Shown here: in pieces, positions 9,042 to 19,751 of the stretch
Numbering within the stretch: position 1 is the first letter of the stretch
Layout: each line of letters starts with the position of its first letter
Assembly: GCA_023428915.1 (NCBI GenBank)
Contig: JAEYWL010000010.1
Coordinates: 3,357 to 67,356 of the forward strand
Direction: 5' to 3'
Origin: Verrucomicrobiota bacterium
GTDB taxonomy: Bacteria; Chlamydiota; Chlamydiia; Chlamydiales; JAEYWL01
DNA length: 64,000 nt
Notes under the pieces: generated by a model
Told to the model about the DNA's origin: nothing
Databases searched by the model: none
The model's input: only the letters and a program-made list of their open reading frames with translations
Made by a program: the position numbers and the translations under genes

Positions 9042-9911
9042 TTAATATTGGCTTGACTTAACTAGCCGCTCGACTTCATCTATGCTGCGGCTGTAGCGGT
9101 ACCACTCGCGGCTTTTATTCACGAACTCTTCTGCTAATAATCGGTCCTGGATAGCAACAGCTTCAAGGGCATAGGTTTTTATGTCGGAACGGGGTATAAT
9201 GATATTTTCTGAGATAATTTTTCTCAACAGTTGCCTGACAATAGAGCTTTTATTTTTTTCGCCAGTAGTAACGATGATAAGTTTATATAGCTCTGCATCT
9301 TTGGGCTCCAGGTCAATTGCCTGCATTGCATAGCGATATATGCAGTCGGATTGCTGCTCTTTTAAAGCAGGTGTTTTTGCCAACGCGTATAACTTATAAT
9401 GGATAATAGCTAAGGTGCGATAGGCCAAATAATGTTCAGGGAATTGCTGGTACGCTTGATAAAAATTCTGAAAAAAATTTGGCAGCTCGCCTAAATTAGC
9501 CTCTGCAGCTGCCAATATAAATAGTAGTTGCGGCTGCTCTTTTGCCGCTTCAGAATAGGCAGCCGTTATTTCTTTAGCTGCTGTTTGAATAGTATGGCTT
9601 TCATGGCTATTTAAATAGAGGGATAAAGCTTCGCGATATTCCTTTGTCTCCCGCGGTTTAACTGCAGCCTTTTTTGGCAGTGTTTCTAGGGCTGCTAAGA
9701 AAGTTTGAAAGGCTTTTTCCGTTTCCTGGTCTTTTAAGTAGGCTAAAGTGAGTTGCAATAACAGCTGGCTCTTTGCTTGCGGTTCAGCTTGCTTAAGCTG
9801 TTCTTTATAAGCAGCTATCTCCGCCTTAGGATTTTCAGCCATAAGTGCGCTCATTGCACAAAGCAATAGCAGCAAAGGTAAAAGATGAAAGTAGAGAAAT
9901 TGTCTTAACAT
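9042..9911 (-). CDS. Secreted helical-repeat (TPR-like) protein, first gene of the kinase/phosphatase operon
   Basis: 289 aa with a signal-peptide-like N-terminus (LLPLLLLLCAMSALMA). The rest is an alpha-helical repeat composition. There is a 5-nt gap to pkn1. Confidence 0.45.
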   Translation of the reverse strand: MLRQFLYFHLLPLLLLLCAMSALMAENPKAEIAAYKEQLKQAEPQAKSQLLLQLTLAYLKDQETEKAFQTFLAALETLPKKAAVKPRETKEYREALSLYLNSHESHTIQTAAKEITAAYSEAAKEQPQLLFILAAAEANLGELPNFFQNFYQAYQQFPEHYLAYRTLAIIHYKLYALAKTPALKEQQSDCIYRYAMQAIDLEPKDAELYKLIIVTTGEKNKSSIVRQLLRKIISENIIIPRSDIKTYALEAVAIQDRLLAEEFVNKSREWYRYSRSIDEVERLVKSSQY

Positions 9912-10056
9912 CGAGCTTATAATAAAAAATATGCGATTAAATGGAAGTGCTAATCATACTTTCTCTATTTACTTGCTGATCTCAAATGAATGTGCTACAA
10001 TTGGTTGTCTTTGGACGGGCTTATTTCTGAAAATCACAAGTATTGGATAAAGCGTC

Positions 10057-10395
10057 GTGGGATCGAATTATCAACGCACACCAAAAAACTATCGGGGGAC
10101 TGCGCTTACGACCCGCCGCATGAGCGAGCTTCTTCCAGATGTTTTGCGTCAAATAAATCAAGTTTACCGGCATCGGCCAGACTTGATACTGGCCTCCTGG
10201 CCTGAAATTATAGGCTCAAAGCTAGCTGCAATGACCCAGGCAGTGGCTTTTAAAGAAGGCATACTACATATCAAAGTGCGGAATTCAACCCTGCACAGTC
10301 TGCTAAGTCAATACGATAAGCAGCGTTTATTAGCGAAGTTAAGAGAGAAATTTCCGGACTCGATGATTAAGGGCATTTCTTTTAGAATTGGATAA
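10057..10395 (+). CDS. DUF721 / DciA-like protein
   Basis: 112-aa ORF from a GTG; an alternative ATG is at 10120. The DUF721-like pattern is LLPDVLRQI...WPEIIGSKLAAMTQAVAFKEGILHIKVRNSTLHSLL. It lies immediately upstream of gyrB. Confidence 0.7.
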   Translation: MGSNYQRTPKNYRGTALTTRRMSELLPDVLRQINQVYRHRPDLILASWPEIIGSKLAAMTQAVAFKEGILHIKVRNSTLHSLLSQYDKQRLLAKLREKFPDSMIKGISFRIG

Positions 10396-12924
<2,529 letters not shown>

Positions 12925-12943
12925 ACCGCATTAGGAGAATTGT

Positions 12944-15502
12944 ATGTCCTATACAGAAAATGAAGTTACTCTGCCGCGCAATATCGAAGACGAGATGCGT
13001 GATAGCTACCTACGCTACTCCATGTCGGTCATCATTGCGCGTGCGCTACCCGATGTAAGAGATGGTTTAAAGCCCTCGCAGCGCCGCATCCTCTATGCGA
13101 TGCGCCAGTTGAGTTTGAGCCCGACAGGAAAACACCGTAAGTGCGCTAAAATCTCCGGCGACACTTCCGGTGATTACCACCCTCATGGTGAAAGCGTCAT
13201 TTATCCGACTCTGGTGAGAATGGCGCAAGAATGGGCCATGCGCTATCGTTTAGTTGACGGCCAAGGAAACTTCGGCTCAATCGACGGCGATCCCCCGGCT
13301 GCTATGCGTTATACTGAGGCGCGTTTGACAACCTCTTCTGTGCAGCTGATGGAAGACCTCGACAAAGATACAGTCGAAATGGTGCCGAACTACGACGAGA
13401 CCAAAAAAGAACCAACGGTATTCCCTTCGAAGTTCCCGAACTTGTTGTGCAATGGCTCTTCAGGAATCGCCGTGGGTATGGCCACAAACATTCCTCCGCA
13501 TAATCTGGCGGAACTAGTCAAAGCTACCCTGCTGGTTTTGGAGAACCCGGCTACCTCCATTGATGAGATCATCAAAGTGATGCCCGGACCCGACTTCCCT
13601 ACAGGCGGCATTATTTGCGGCTATAGAGGCATAAAAGAAGCTTATCACACAGGGCGCGGTAAAGTCATTCTGCGTGCCAATATCGTTGCTGAGCCTATGC
13701 CTGATAATCCGGACCGGCAGCGGCTGATCGTAGATGAGATTCCCTATGCGGTGAATAAATCGCGCTTAATCGAACAAATAGCGGAACTTATCAACAATAA
13801 ATCCATTACCGGCTTATCAGACCTGCGCGATGAATCAGATAAGGATGGATTGCGGATTGTTTTGGAACTTAAGCGGGGCGAGATCCCGGAAGTGATCATC
13901 AACCAGCTGTATAAATTCTGCGACATGCAAGTGACATTCGGTTGCAATATGCTAGCTCTGGACAAAGGGCTGCCGCGCATTATGAACATCAAGCACATGA
14001 TTCAGGCTTGGATTGATCACCGTATTGAAGTGGTTCGCCGCAGAACGCGCTTTGAACTCCTCAAAGCAGAAGCCCGTGCACACATTTTAGAAGGCTATCT
14101 TAAAGCAATTGATCACCTTGATGAAGTGGTGCGGCTTATTAGGCAAAGCAGCAGCCGCGAAGAAGCGCGCACAGAATTGATTGCCCGCTTTGAGTTTACT
14201 GAAAGACAGGCGAACGCTGTCCTTGAACTGCGCTTATACCAATTAACCGGCCTAGAGCGCGATAAAATTAGCGCTGAATACCAGGAACTGTTAGCTAAAA
14301 TTGCCTACTTGCGCAGTGTGCTTGCAAGTGAAGCAATGGTACGCGACATTATTCGCAAAGAACTGGAAGAGATCGAGAAAGGCTACAAATCTTCCCGTTT
14401 GACCAAAATTATCGCTGCTGAAGGCGATATGAATATGGAAGATCTGATCGCCAATGAAGAAGTGATCATTACAATTTCTCAAGACGATTACATTAAGAGA
14501 ATGCCTGTCGACGCCTTCCGCGAACAGAAGCGGGGAGGGCAGGGAGTTGCCGGCCTTCAATTGCGCAAAGAAGAAGATGCCTTAAAATCCCTCTATGTAG
14601 CCTCTACCCATGATTATTTGCTTATCTTTACCAGCCTTGGACGCTGCTATTGGTTGAAAGTGTGGCAGATTCCGGAATCCGGACGTAAATCGAAAGGCAA
14701 GCCGCTTATCAACCTTCTGGAAGACTTAAGGCCCGAGGAGAAGATTGCGACAGTCCTGCGCGTTTCCTCTTTTGAGGAGCAAGCCTGCATCCTCATGGCA
14801 ACACGTCAAGGTGTGGTCAAGAAAACAGAGCTTGGCGAATTCAGCAACCCGCGCCGCAAAGGGATCTGGGCCATCGATATCGATGAAGGCGATGAGGTGA
14901 TTGCTACCCGTTTAGCCCGGGCAGGTCAGCAGGTCATGCTCTTTACTTATAGCGGCATGGCAGTGCGCTTTGATGAAAATCAGGTGCGTTCTATGGGCCG
15001 TATGGCGCGCGGGGTAAAAGGAGTGACTCTGAAGAACGAAGGCGACTATGTAATTGCCTGTGAAGTTGTCAATGGCACAGAAACCATTTTAGTCGTTTGT
15101 GAAAATGGCTTCGGCAAACGCTCTGAAGTATCCGAATTCCGCCATACTAATCGCGGCGGTGTCGGCGTGCGTTCCATCATTACCAGCGAACGCAACGGCA
15201 ATGTGATCGGGGCGATTTGCGTCACCGATAACGACAGTTTGGTTATGATGTCTGATCAAGGGCAAACTGTGCGCATTAGCATGAAAGACGTGCGTGTCAT
15301 GGGACGCAACACACAAGGCGTAAAGCTGGCTAACCTGAAAGAAGGCACTCTGGTCGGTATGCAAAAAATTGAGTCGGCTGCCGACGAGCCTTTAGTTGAA
15401 GAGGAGTCTAAAAATCTCATTGAGGAAGAGCTGAATAACCATGCGCTGGCTCAAGAACAGATTGAGGAAGCTTCAGAAGAACAACCAGAGGAAAATGAAT
15501 GA
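12944..15502 (+). CDS. gyrA: DNA gyrase subunit A
   Basis: 852 aa. It has the GDTSGDYHPHGESVIYPTLVRMAQ (QRDR region), the active-site Tyr context AMRYTEARL and a C-terminal beta-pinwheel with an acidic tail. Confidence 0.97.
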   Translation: MSYTENEVTLPRNIEDEMRDSYLRYSMSVIIARALPDVRDGLKPSQRRILYAMRQLSLSPTGKHRKCAKISGDTSGDYHPHGESVIYPTLVRMAQEWAMRYRLVDGQGNFGSIDGDPPAAMRYTEARLTTSSVQLMEDLDKDTVEMVPNYDETKKEPTVFPSKFPNLLCNGSSGIAVGMATNIPPHNLAELVKATLLVLENPATSIDEIIKVMPGPDFPTGGIICGYRGIKEAYHTGRGKVILRANIVAEPMPDNPDRQRLIVDEIPYAVNKSRLIEQIAELINNKSITGLSDLRDESDKDGLRIVLELKRGEIPEVIINQLYKFCDMQVTFGCNMLALDKGLPRIMNIKHMIQAWIDHRIEVVRRRTRFELLKAEARAHILEGYLKAIDHLDEVVRLIRQSSSREEARTELIARFEFTERQANAVLELRLYQLTGLERDKISAEYQELLAKIAYLRSVLASEAMVRDIIRKELEEIEKGYKSSRLTKIIAAEGDMNMEDLIANEEVIITISQDDYIKRMPVDAFREQKRGGQGVAGLQLRKEEDALKSLYVASTHDYLLIFTSLGRCYWLKVWQIPESGRKSKGKPLINLLEDLRPEEKIATVLRVSSFEEQACILMATRQGVVKKTELGEFSNPRRKGIWAIDIDEGDEVIATRLARAGQQVMLFTYSGMAVRFDENQVRSMGRMARGVKGVTLKNEGDYVIACEVVNGTETILVVCENGFGKRSEVSEFRHTNRGGVGVRSIITSERNGNVIGAICVTDNDSLVMMSDQGQTVRISMKDVRVMGRNTQGVKLANLKEGTLVGMQKIESAADEPLVEEESKNLIEEELNNHALAQEQIEEASEEQPEENE

Positions 15503-16146
15503 GTCAAAGAGGCAGATTCCTAACCTTTGAAGGGGGTGAAGGCTCAGGCAAAAGCACTGTAAGCGCTCATATCGCTCGCTGGCTGCAGAAGCGAGGTTAT
15601 GAAGTGGTCTTGACTCGCGAGCCCGGGGGATCTGCTTTTGGCAATATGGTGAGAAAGTGGTTGCTCGATCCGGAATGCAAAACTCCCATCGGGCAGCAAG
15701 CTGAATTTCTTCTGTTTCTTGCAGCCCGTGCGCAGCATATAGAAGAACTAATCGCGCCGGCTGTGGCAGCCGGTAAAATTGTCTTATGCGACCGTTTTAA
15801 CGACTCTTCAGTTGCTTACCAAGGAGTTGCTCGCGGCTTGGGCTTTAAGTACACTAGGTTGCTATGCTCAATGGTTTGCGAACATATACAACCTGAAATG
15901 ACCTTTTTATTGGATATCGATCCGGAAATTGGCTTGCATAGAGCCAAAGGAACGGCAAAGGCCGAAGCCGCAGCAGGTCTGCACGACAAAATGGAGGCGG
16001 AAGCCCTTCACTTTCACCAGCAGGTACGTCAAGGCTTTCAAACTCTAGCAGCAATAGAGCCAGAGCGAATCCATGTAATCGATGCCAGCCAAACATTGCC
16101 AACCGTTTGCAATGCCATTGAAACCCTGATCGAAACGAAATGGTAG
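15499..16146 (+). CDS. tmk: Thymidylate kinase
   Basis: 215 aa with P-loop FLTFEGGEGSGKST and DRF motif. It overlaps gyrA by 4 nt. Confidence 0.92.
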   Translation: MSQRGRFLTFEGGEGSGKSTVSAHIARWLQKRGYEVVLTREPGGSAFGNMVRKWLLDPECKTPIGQQAEFLLFLAARAQHIEELIAPAVAAGKIVLCDRFNDSSVAYQGVARGLGFKYTRLLCSMVCEHIQPEMTFLLDIDPEIGLHRAKGTAKAEAAAGLHDKMEAEALHFHQQVRQGFQTLAAIEPERIHVIDASQTLPTVCNAIETLIETKW

Positions 16147-17105
16147 AATTTACTTCTTTTGACCATATTACGGGCAACGAAGAGGCTAAAAAATTTCTTA
16201 CCCACATGCTGGAAACAAATAGGGTAGGAAACTCTCTCTTATTTGCCGGCGCTAAAGAAGCAAACCTCGAAGCATTCGCATTGGCTGTTGCCCATAACTT
16301 AGTCGGTAATTCAAAAGAAGACCATCCCGATATTTACTCATTCCGACCAGAAGGCAAAATGGCTCTGCATAGCATTGAAGGAATGCGCCGTTTTTGCGAA
16401 GAGGTTTATCTAGCCCCTTTTGAATCGAGTTATAAAGTGTTTATCATCATTGATGCTGAACGCATGTTGCCCACAAGTGCTAACGCTCTTTTAAAGACAT
16501 TTGAAGAGCCTGCGCAGCATAGCGTCATTATTTTGACCAGCAGCCAGCCCAATGCAATTTTGCCGACGATTCTTTCCCGTTGCCGCAAACTCTATTTCAA
16601 AAATAGCGCCTCCTTAAAGCAGCACGAGAAATTATCAGACCCTTTGCTTGTCCTGCTTTCCCGCACCCCCGGCATCTCTTACATAGAGTTAAAAGAGTCT
16701 TTATCCGTGCTGGTCGCTGCCATTGAAGAAGAAAAAAAACAGGCAGAACAAGAGATTAGGCAGCAACTTGCTGCCCATTTTCCTCAAGATATGACCGCAC
16801 TGCAAAAAGAAGCCTTTGAAAAAGAAGTAGAGGGGAGCGTAGCAACTCATACCCAAGCCGTTTTGGGGCAGATGTTTGCGCAAATCTTTTTCTGGTATAG
16901 AGATCTGCAGCTTTTACAAGTATCCGGTAAACCTGATCTATTGCACTTTCCTGTCTATTTACAACATTTAGAACAGCAGCTCCAGTTCGGCGGTTTGCCT
17001 TCCCTTGAAACGGTCGAGCAGGCCATCAAGGGCGCCAAACAAGCCATCGCCCGCTTCAACCCCATCAATGATAGCCTGGAAGCCCTTTTCCTGAAACTAC
17101 ATTAG
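16140..17105 (+). CDS. holB: DNA polymerase III delta-prime subunit
   Basis: 321 aa, AAA+-like with a degenerate Walker A. It has the VFIIIDAERM and ANALLKTFEEP blocks and the SRC motif (LSRCRKL). Confidence 0.85.
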   Translation: MVEFTSFDHITGNEEAKKFLTHMLETNRVGNSLLFAGAKEANLEAFALAVAHNLVGNSKEDHPDIYSFRPEGKMALHSIEGMRRFCEEVYLAPFESSYKVFIIIDAERMLPTSANALLKTFEEPAQHSVIILTSSQPNAILPTILSRCRKLYFKNSASLKQHEKLSDPLLVLLSRTPGISYIELKESLSVLVAAIEEEKKQAEQEIRQQLAAHFPQDMTALQKEAFEKEVEGSVATHTQAVLGQMFAQIFFWYRDLQLLQVSGKPDLLHFPVYLQHLEQQLQFGGLPSLETVEQAIKGAKQAIARFNPINDSLEALFLKLH

Positions 17106-17427
17106 GTGTCGCTGCTGCCGCAGCTCAATATGTTTTTATGCGATAACCCCACGTTCCGGCACGCCTTTCGGCGGCCTTCACGCGGGGCTAACAACTGCCA
17201 TCGCTTCCGCGATGGTCTGTTAGCAAGATTGGTTTATATCTGGAGTGCGTCATGGTGATGCATCGCGGAAGCGATGGTCTGTCAGCAAGATTGGTTTATA
17301 TCTGGAGTGCGTCATGGAGATGCATCGCAGAAGAGATGCAAGTAGTTAGCCCCGCGTGAAGGCTCCGCAGGAGCCGGAACGTGGGGTTACTGAATAAAGA
17401 CAAATGGAGCTGCGGCAGCAGCGACAC
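17106..17427. repeat. REP array (left), a roughly 320-bp imperfect super-palindrome bounded by 21-bp perfect inverted repeats
   Basis: GTGTCGCTGCTGCCGCAGCTC lies at 17106-17126 and its exact complement at 17407-17427. The interior holds nested GC-rich hairpins and two tandem 62-nt units (17209-17270 and 17271-17332). Confidence 0.85.
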
Positions 17428-17436
17428 AAAAAAATC

Positions 17437-17891
17437 TCATCCCAACACAAACCTCTCATCAAATTTAACATTATGCAGCGTTAAGAGTTTTTTGTACTCT
17501 TCCTCAAATGACATTGTCGCATGATGCACTTCTTGGTTTTGAATATATTTTCGAACTTGTTCAATTGATGAAAAACTAACTGAAAATGAGCCATATCCTT
17601 CTTGCCATGCAAAATCACATGGCTGCTTGAATAGTTTTTGTGTATCCATAAAGAAGAAGAAGCTTTTAGGTCCCTAATAAAACCAGAAAATTTATCAAGA
17701 TTTGATAGCTCAATTAAGAGATGCACATGGTCTGGCATGCCGCCAATCGCTATAAGGTTACCGTGATGATTGGCAACAATACCCCCTAAATAAGGATAAA
17801 GGTGGATTTGAAGTTCAGGAGTGATAAATGCAAGGCGTTGTTTTGTTGACCAAATTAAATGAAAAAAATGTAAACGGTATGAATGTGTCAT
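17437..17891 (-). pseudogene. IS200/IS605-family Y1 (HUH) transposase of the REP-associated type (RAYT), interrupted by one frameshift
   Basis: The N-terminal half is MTHSYRLHFFHLIWSTKQR...GGMPDHVHLLIEL (HUH). The C-terminal half lies in another frame: DFAWQEGYGSFSVS...VRKYIQNQEVHH. The frames switch near 17600-17650. Confidence 0.8.
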
Positions 17892-17904
17892 ATTATTACT
17901 TTTT

Positions 17905-18176
17905 GTGTCGCTGCTGCCGCAGCTCAATATGTTTTTATGCGATAACCCCACGTTCCGGCTCCTGCGGAGCCTTCACGCGGGGCTAACAACTGCCATCGCT
18001 TCCGCGATGGTCTGTCAGCAAGGTTGGTTTATATCTGCATTTGTGTATACCAACGCTCCTTGCATTTACCCCACGTTCCGGCTTCTGCGGAGCCTTCACG
18101 CGGGGCTAACAACTGCCATCGCTTCCGCGATGGTCTGTCAGCAAGGTTGATTTATATCTGCATTTGTGTATACCAA
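17905..18176. repeat. REP array (right): third copy of the 21-bp repeat plus two 108-nt direct repeat units
   Basis: 17905-17925 is GTGTCGCTGCTGCCGCAGCTC. Units 17946-18053 and 18069-18176 are near-identical. Each carries the hairpins CCCCACG..CGCGGGG and CCATCGC-TTCC-GCGATGG. Confidence 0.85.
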
Positions 18177-18237
18177 TTCGAGCTCTTAGAGAGAAAATAA
18201 TTTCGAATATGACTTATTATAAGGTAGCAAGTCGGGT

Positions 18238-18630
18238 TTAAATAACGGGTACGATCTCCAAGTGGTATTTTGTCTCAGCAGGGTTAAAATAGCGAATTTT
18301 TCGGGACTGCATATCCACTTGATAATGAGAGATGCCCGCCATGGAAAGATCCTCTAGGAGTTCTAGATAGTTTGTCTTTCCTTCGATATGGCGTATAATT
18401 GCTTCTTTTGTCATAACATCACAAAAAACTTGTGAAGTTTGTAAAGGATGATAGCCTTTAAGTTCAGTTTTCTTAAACGAGCCAAAAGAGCCCTGAAAGA
18501 CTACATGATAGGATTGAGTTAAATGAACAATGTAGCTAGTAACTCCTGCAGTCTTTAATGCTTCAAAAGTTTTAGGAAATGGCCAATTTTGCAGTTGTGC
18601 ATTCTCTTGAATTTCTTCAATTATATTCAT
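18238..18630 (-). CDS. DUF1398-like small protein
   Basis: 130 aa with the pattern WPFPKTFEALKTAGVTSYIVHL..., reminiscent of DUF1398. It overlaps the upstream MarR gene by 14 nt, so the two form an operon. Confidence 0.5.
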   Translation of the reverse strand: MNIIEEIQENAQLQNWPFPKTFEALKTAGVTSYIVHLTQSYHVVFQGSFGSFKKTELKGYHPLQTSQVFCDVMTKEAIIRHIEGKTNYLELLEDLSMAGISHYQVDMQSRKIRYFNPAETKYHLEIVPVI

Positions 18631-19072
18631 TATTTACCTCTATGTTTATTTTTACGGCAATTTTCAGTAAAATTTTTTTTAAAGTCTCTTTTTCTTCTTT
18701 TTGCAGCATATGAAAAAATTCATAGTCGTTTTTATCTGCAAGTTCTGCCAGTTGGGGAATCAAAATGTTAGCTTTTTCTGTAAGCTCTAAAAATGTATAA
18801 CGGCGATCGCACCCAATTTTTCTGGTAATGAATTCGCGCTGCACTAACTTTTCAACGGTTCTGCTAATCGCAGCCCTGTCAATCCCTACTCGCATAGCGA
18901 TTTGTGCCGGGTTAACTTCTTTTTCATGGTAAAGGGCAATCAGCACACACCATTCAGGAATGGAGATATCTGCCCCTTTTAATTTTGCCACGAAGGCATG
19001 GTGGACTTCATTACTCAGTCTGCTGAGCCAGAAACCAATGTGATCTTCTAAGCGGGAAACATTTTTCTTCAT
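18617..19072 (-). CDS. MarR-family transcriptional regulator
   Basis: 151 aa with a winged-HTH pattern: WCVLIALYHEKEVNPAQIAMRVGIDRAAISRTVEKLVQREFITRK. Confidence 0.85.
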   Translation of the reverse strand: MKKNVSRLEDHIGFWLSRLSNEVHHAFVAKLKGADISIPEWCVLIALYHEKEVNPAQIAMRVGIDRAAISRTVEKLVQREFITRKIGCDRRYTFLELTEKANILIPQLAELADKNDYEFFHMLQKEEKETLKKILLKIAVKINIEVNNEYN

Positions 19073-19075
19073 AAC

Positions 19076-19113
19076 ATCAATATAATTGATATGTCTATTA
19101 TTGACAAGTCAAT
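19076..19113. promoter_or_regulatory. Two palindromic candidate operators upstream of the MarR operon
   Basis: ATCAAT-ATA-ATTGAT (19076-19090) and ATTGAC-AA-GTCAAT (19100-19113) share the half-site ATTGA(T/C). They lie 4-40 nt upstream of the marR-like start codon. Confidence 0.45.
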
Positions 19114-19127
19114 TAATTTGAGTCTTG

Positions 19128-19498
19128 TTAAGCCTCTTGAAGTGCAGCAGTTGAGTCTCTAAAGTTTAGAAGGGACCAACCTTGAATAGACTGGTTCCGG
19201 TCGCCAGAATAGATGAGATAACCTGTTGGACAACGGTCTCCGACCAGCTTCTTAAAGTAATTGAGGCGCTGTAAGAACTGTGAGTTATAAGTCGCGCTAG
19301 ACTTTACTTCAATAGGGATCAGCGGGTCTTCCACTGCCAGAAGTCTTGTCTCAGGATCTTCAAAGTTAACATAGGGTTTTCTGGGAAAGATTCCCTGACA
19401 AGCGTTGTTTTGCCTGATTGCCTAGGGCCAATAAGTGTTACCACTGGGAAATCCTGTGCCAGCTTTAATAGAATATTTTGCAAATGTCGAGGGTACAT
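19128..19498 (-). pseudogene. Remnant of an AAA-type ATPase gene (DUF4143-type C-terminus), internally deleted and frameshifted
   Basis: The N-terminal piece MYPRHLQNILLKLAQDFPVVTLIGPRQSGKTTL (Walker A) runs out of frame. The remaining piece is C-terminal-end-like: IPIEVKSSATYNSQFLQRLNYFKKL...GYLIYSGD. The roughly 300 aa expected between them are missing. Confidence 0.6.
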
Positions 19499-19671
19499 GG
19501 ATTACTTTGTGTAAAATTGAGTTGCAACTTCAGAATTACACAAAAAAAAGATTCAAAGCAAGCGGCGCTTGTTAAGATTACAATTTACTAGGCAATTGCG
19601 TCAGGCTGTGCTCATAAAGTTCTGGGTTGGAATAAATTTGCTTACTGCTTTTAACATACAGGCCTTGTTAT

Positions 19672-19703
19672 AAAAAAAGACCTTAAGAAAATCCTTAAGG
19701 TCT
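19672..19703 (-). terminator. Rho-independent terminator after the 169-aa gene
   Basis: Hairpin AGACCTTAAG-AAAATC-CTTAAGGTCT, followed on the minus strand by a T7 run. Confidence 0.65.
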
Positions 19704-19751
19704 TAAAAATGATTAGACTAGTTATTCAAATCCGTCGAAACGCTGATCTAT

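Noticed and set aside
17905-18150. 81-aa ORF with an internally repeated peptide (PTFRLLRSLHAGLTTAIASAMVCQQG twice)
   Set aside because: It is simply the translation of the two 108-nt REP units. It has no RBS, and the repeat structure is explained at the DNA level.
17946-18176. Possible CRISPR array (direct repeats at 123-bp period)
   Set aside because: There are only two units. The units are 108 nt with a 15-nt spacer, which is the wrong geometry. The units are hairpin-rich REP sequences next to a RAYT, and no cas genes are present.
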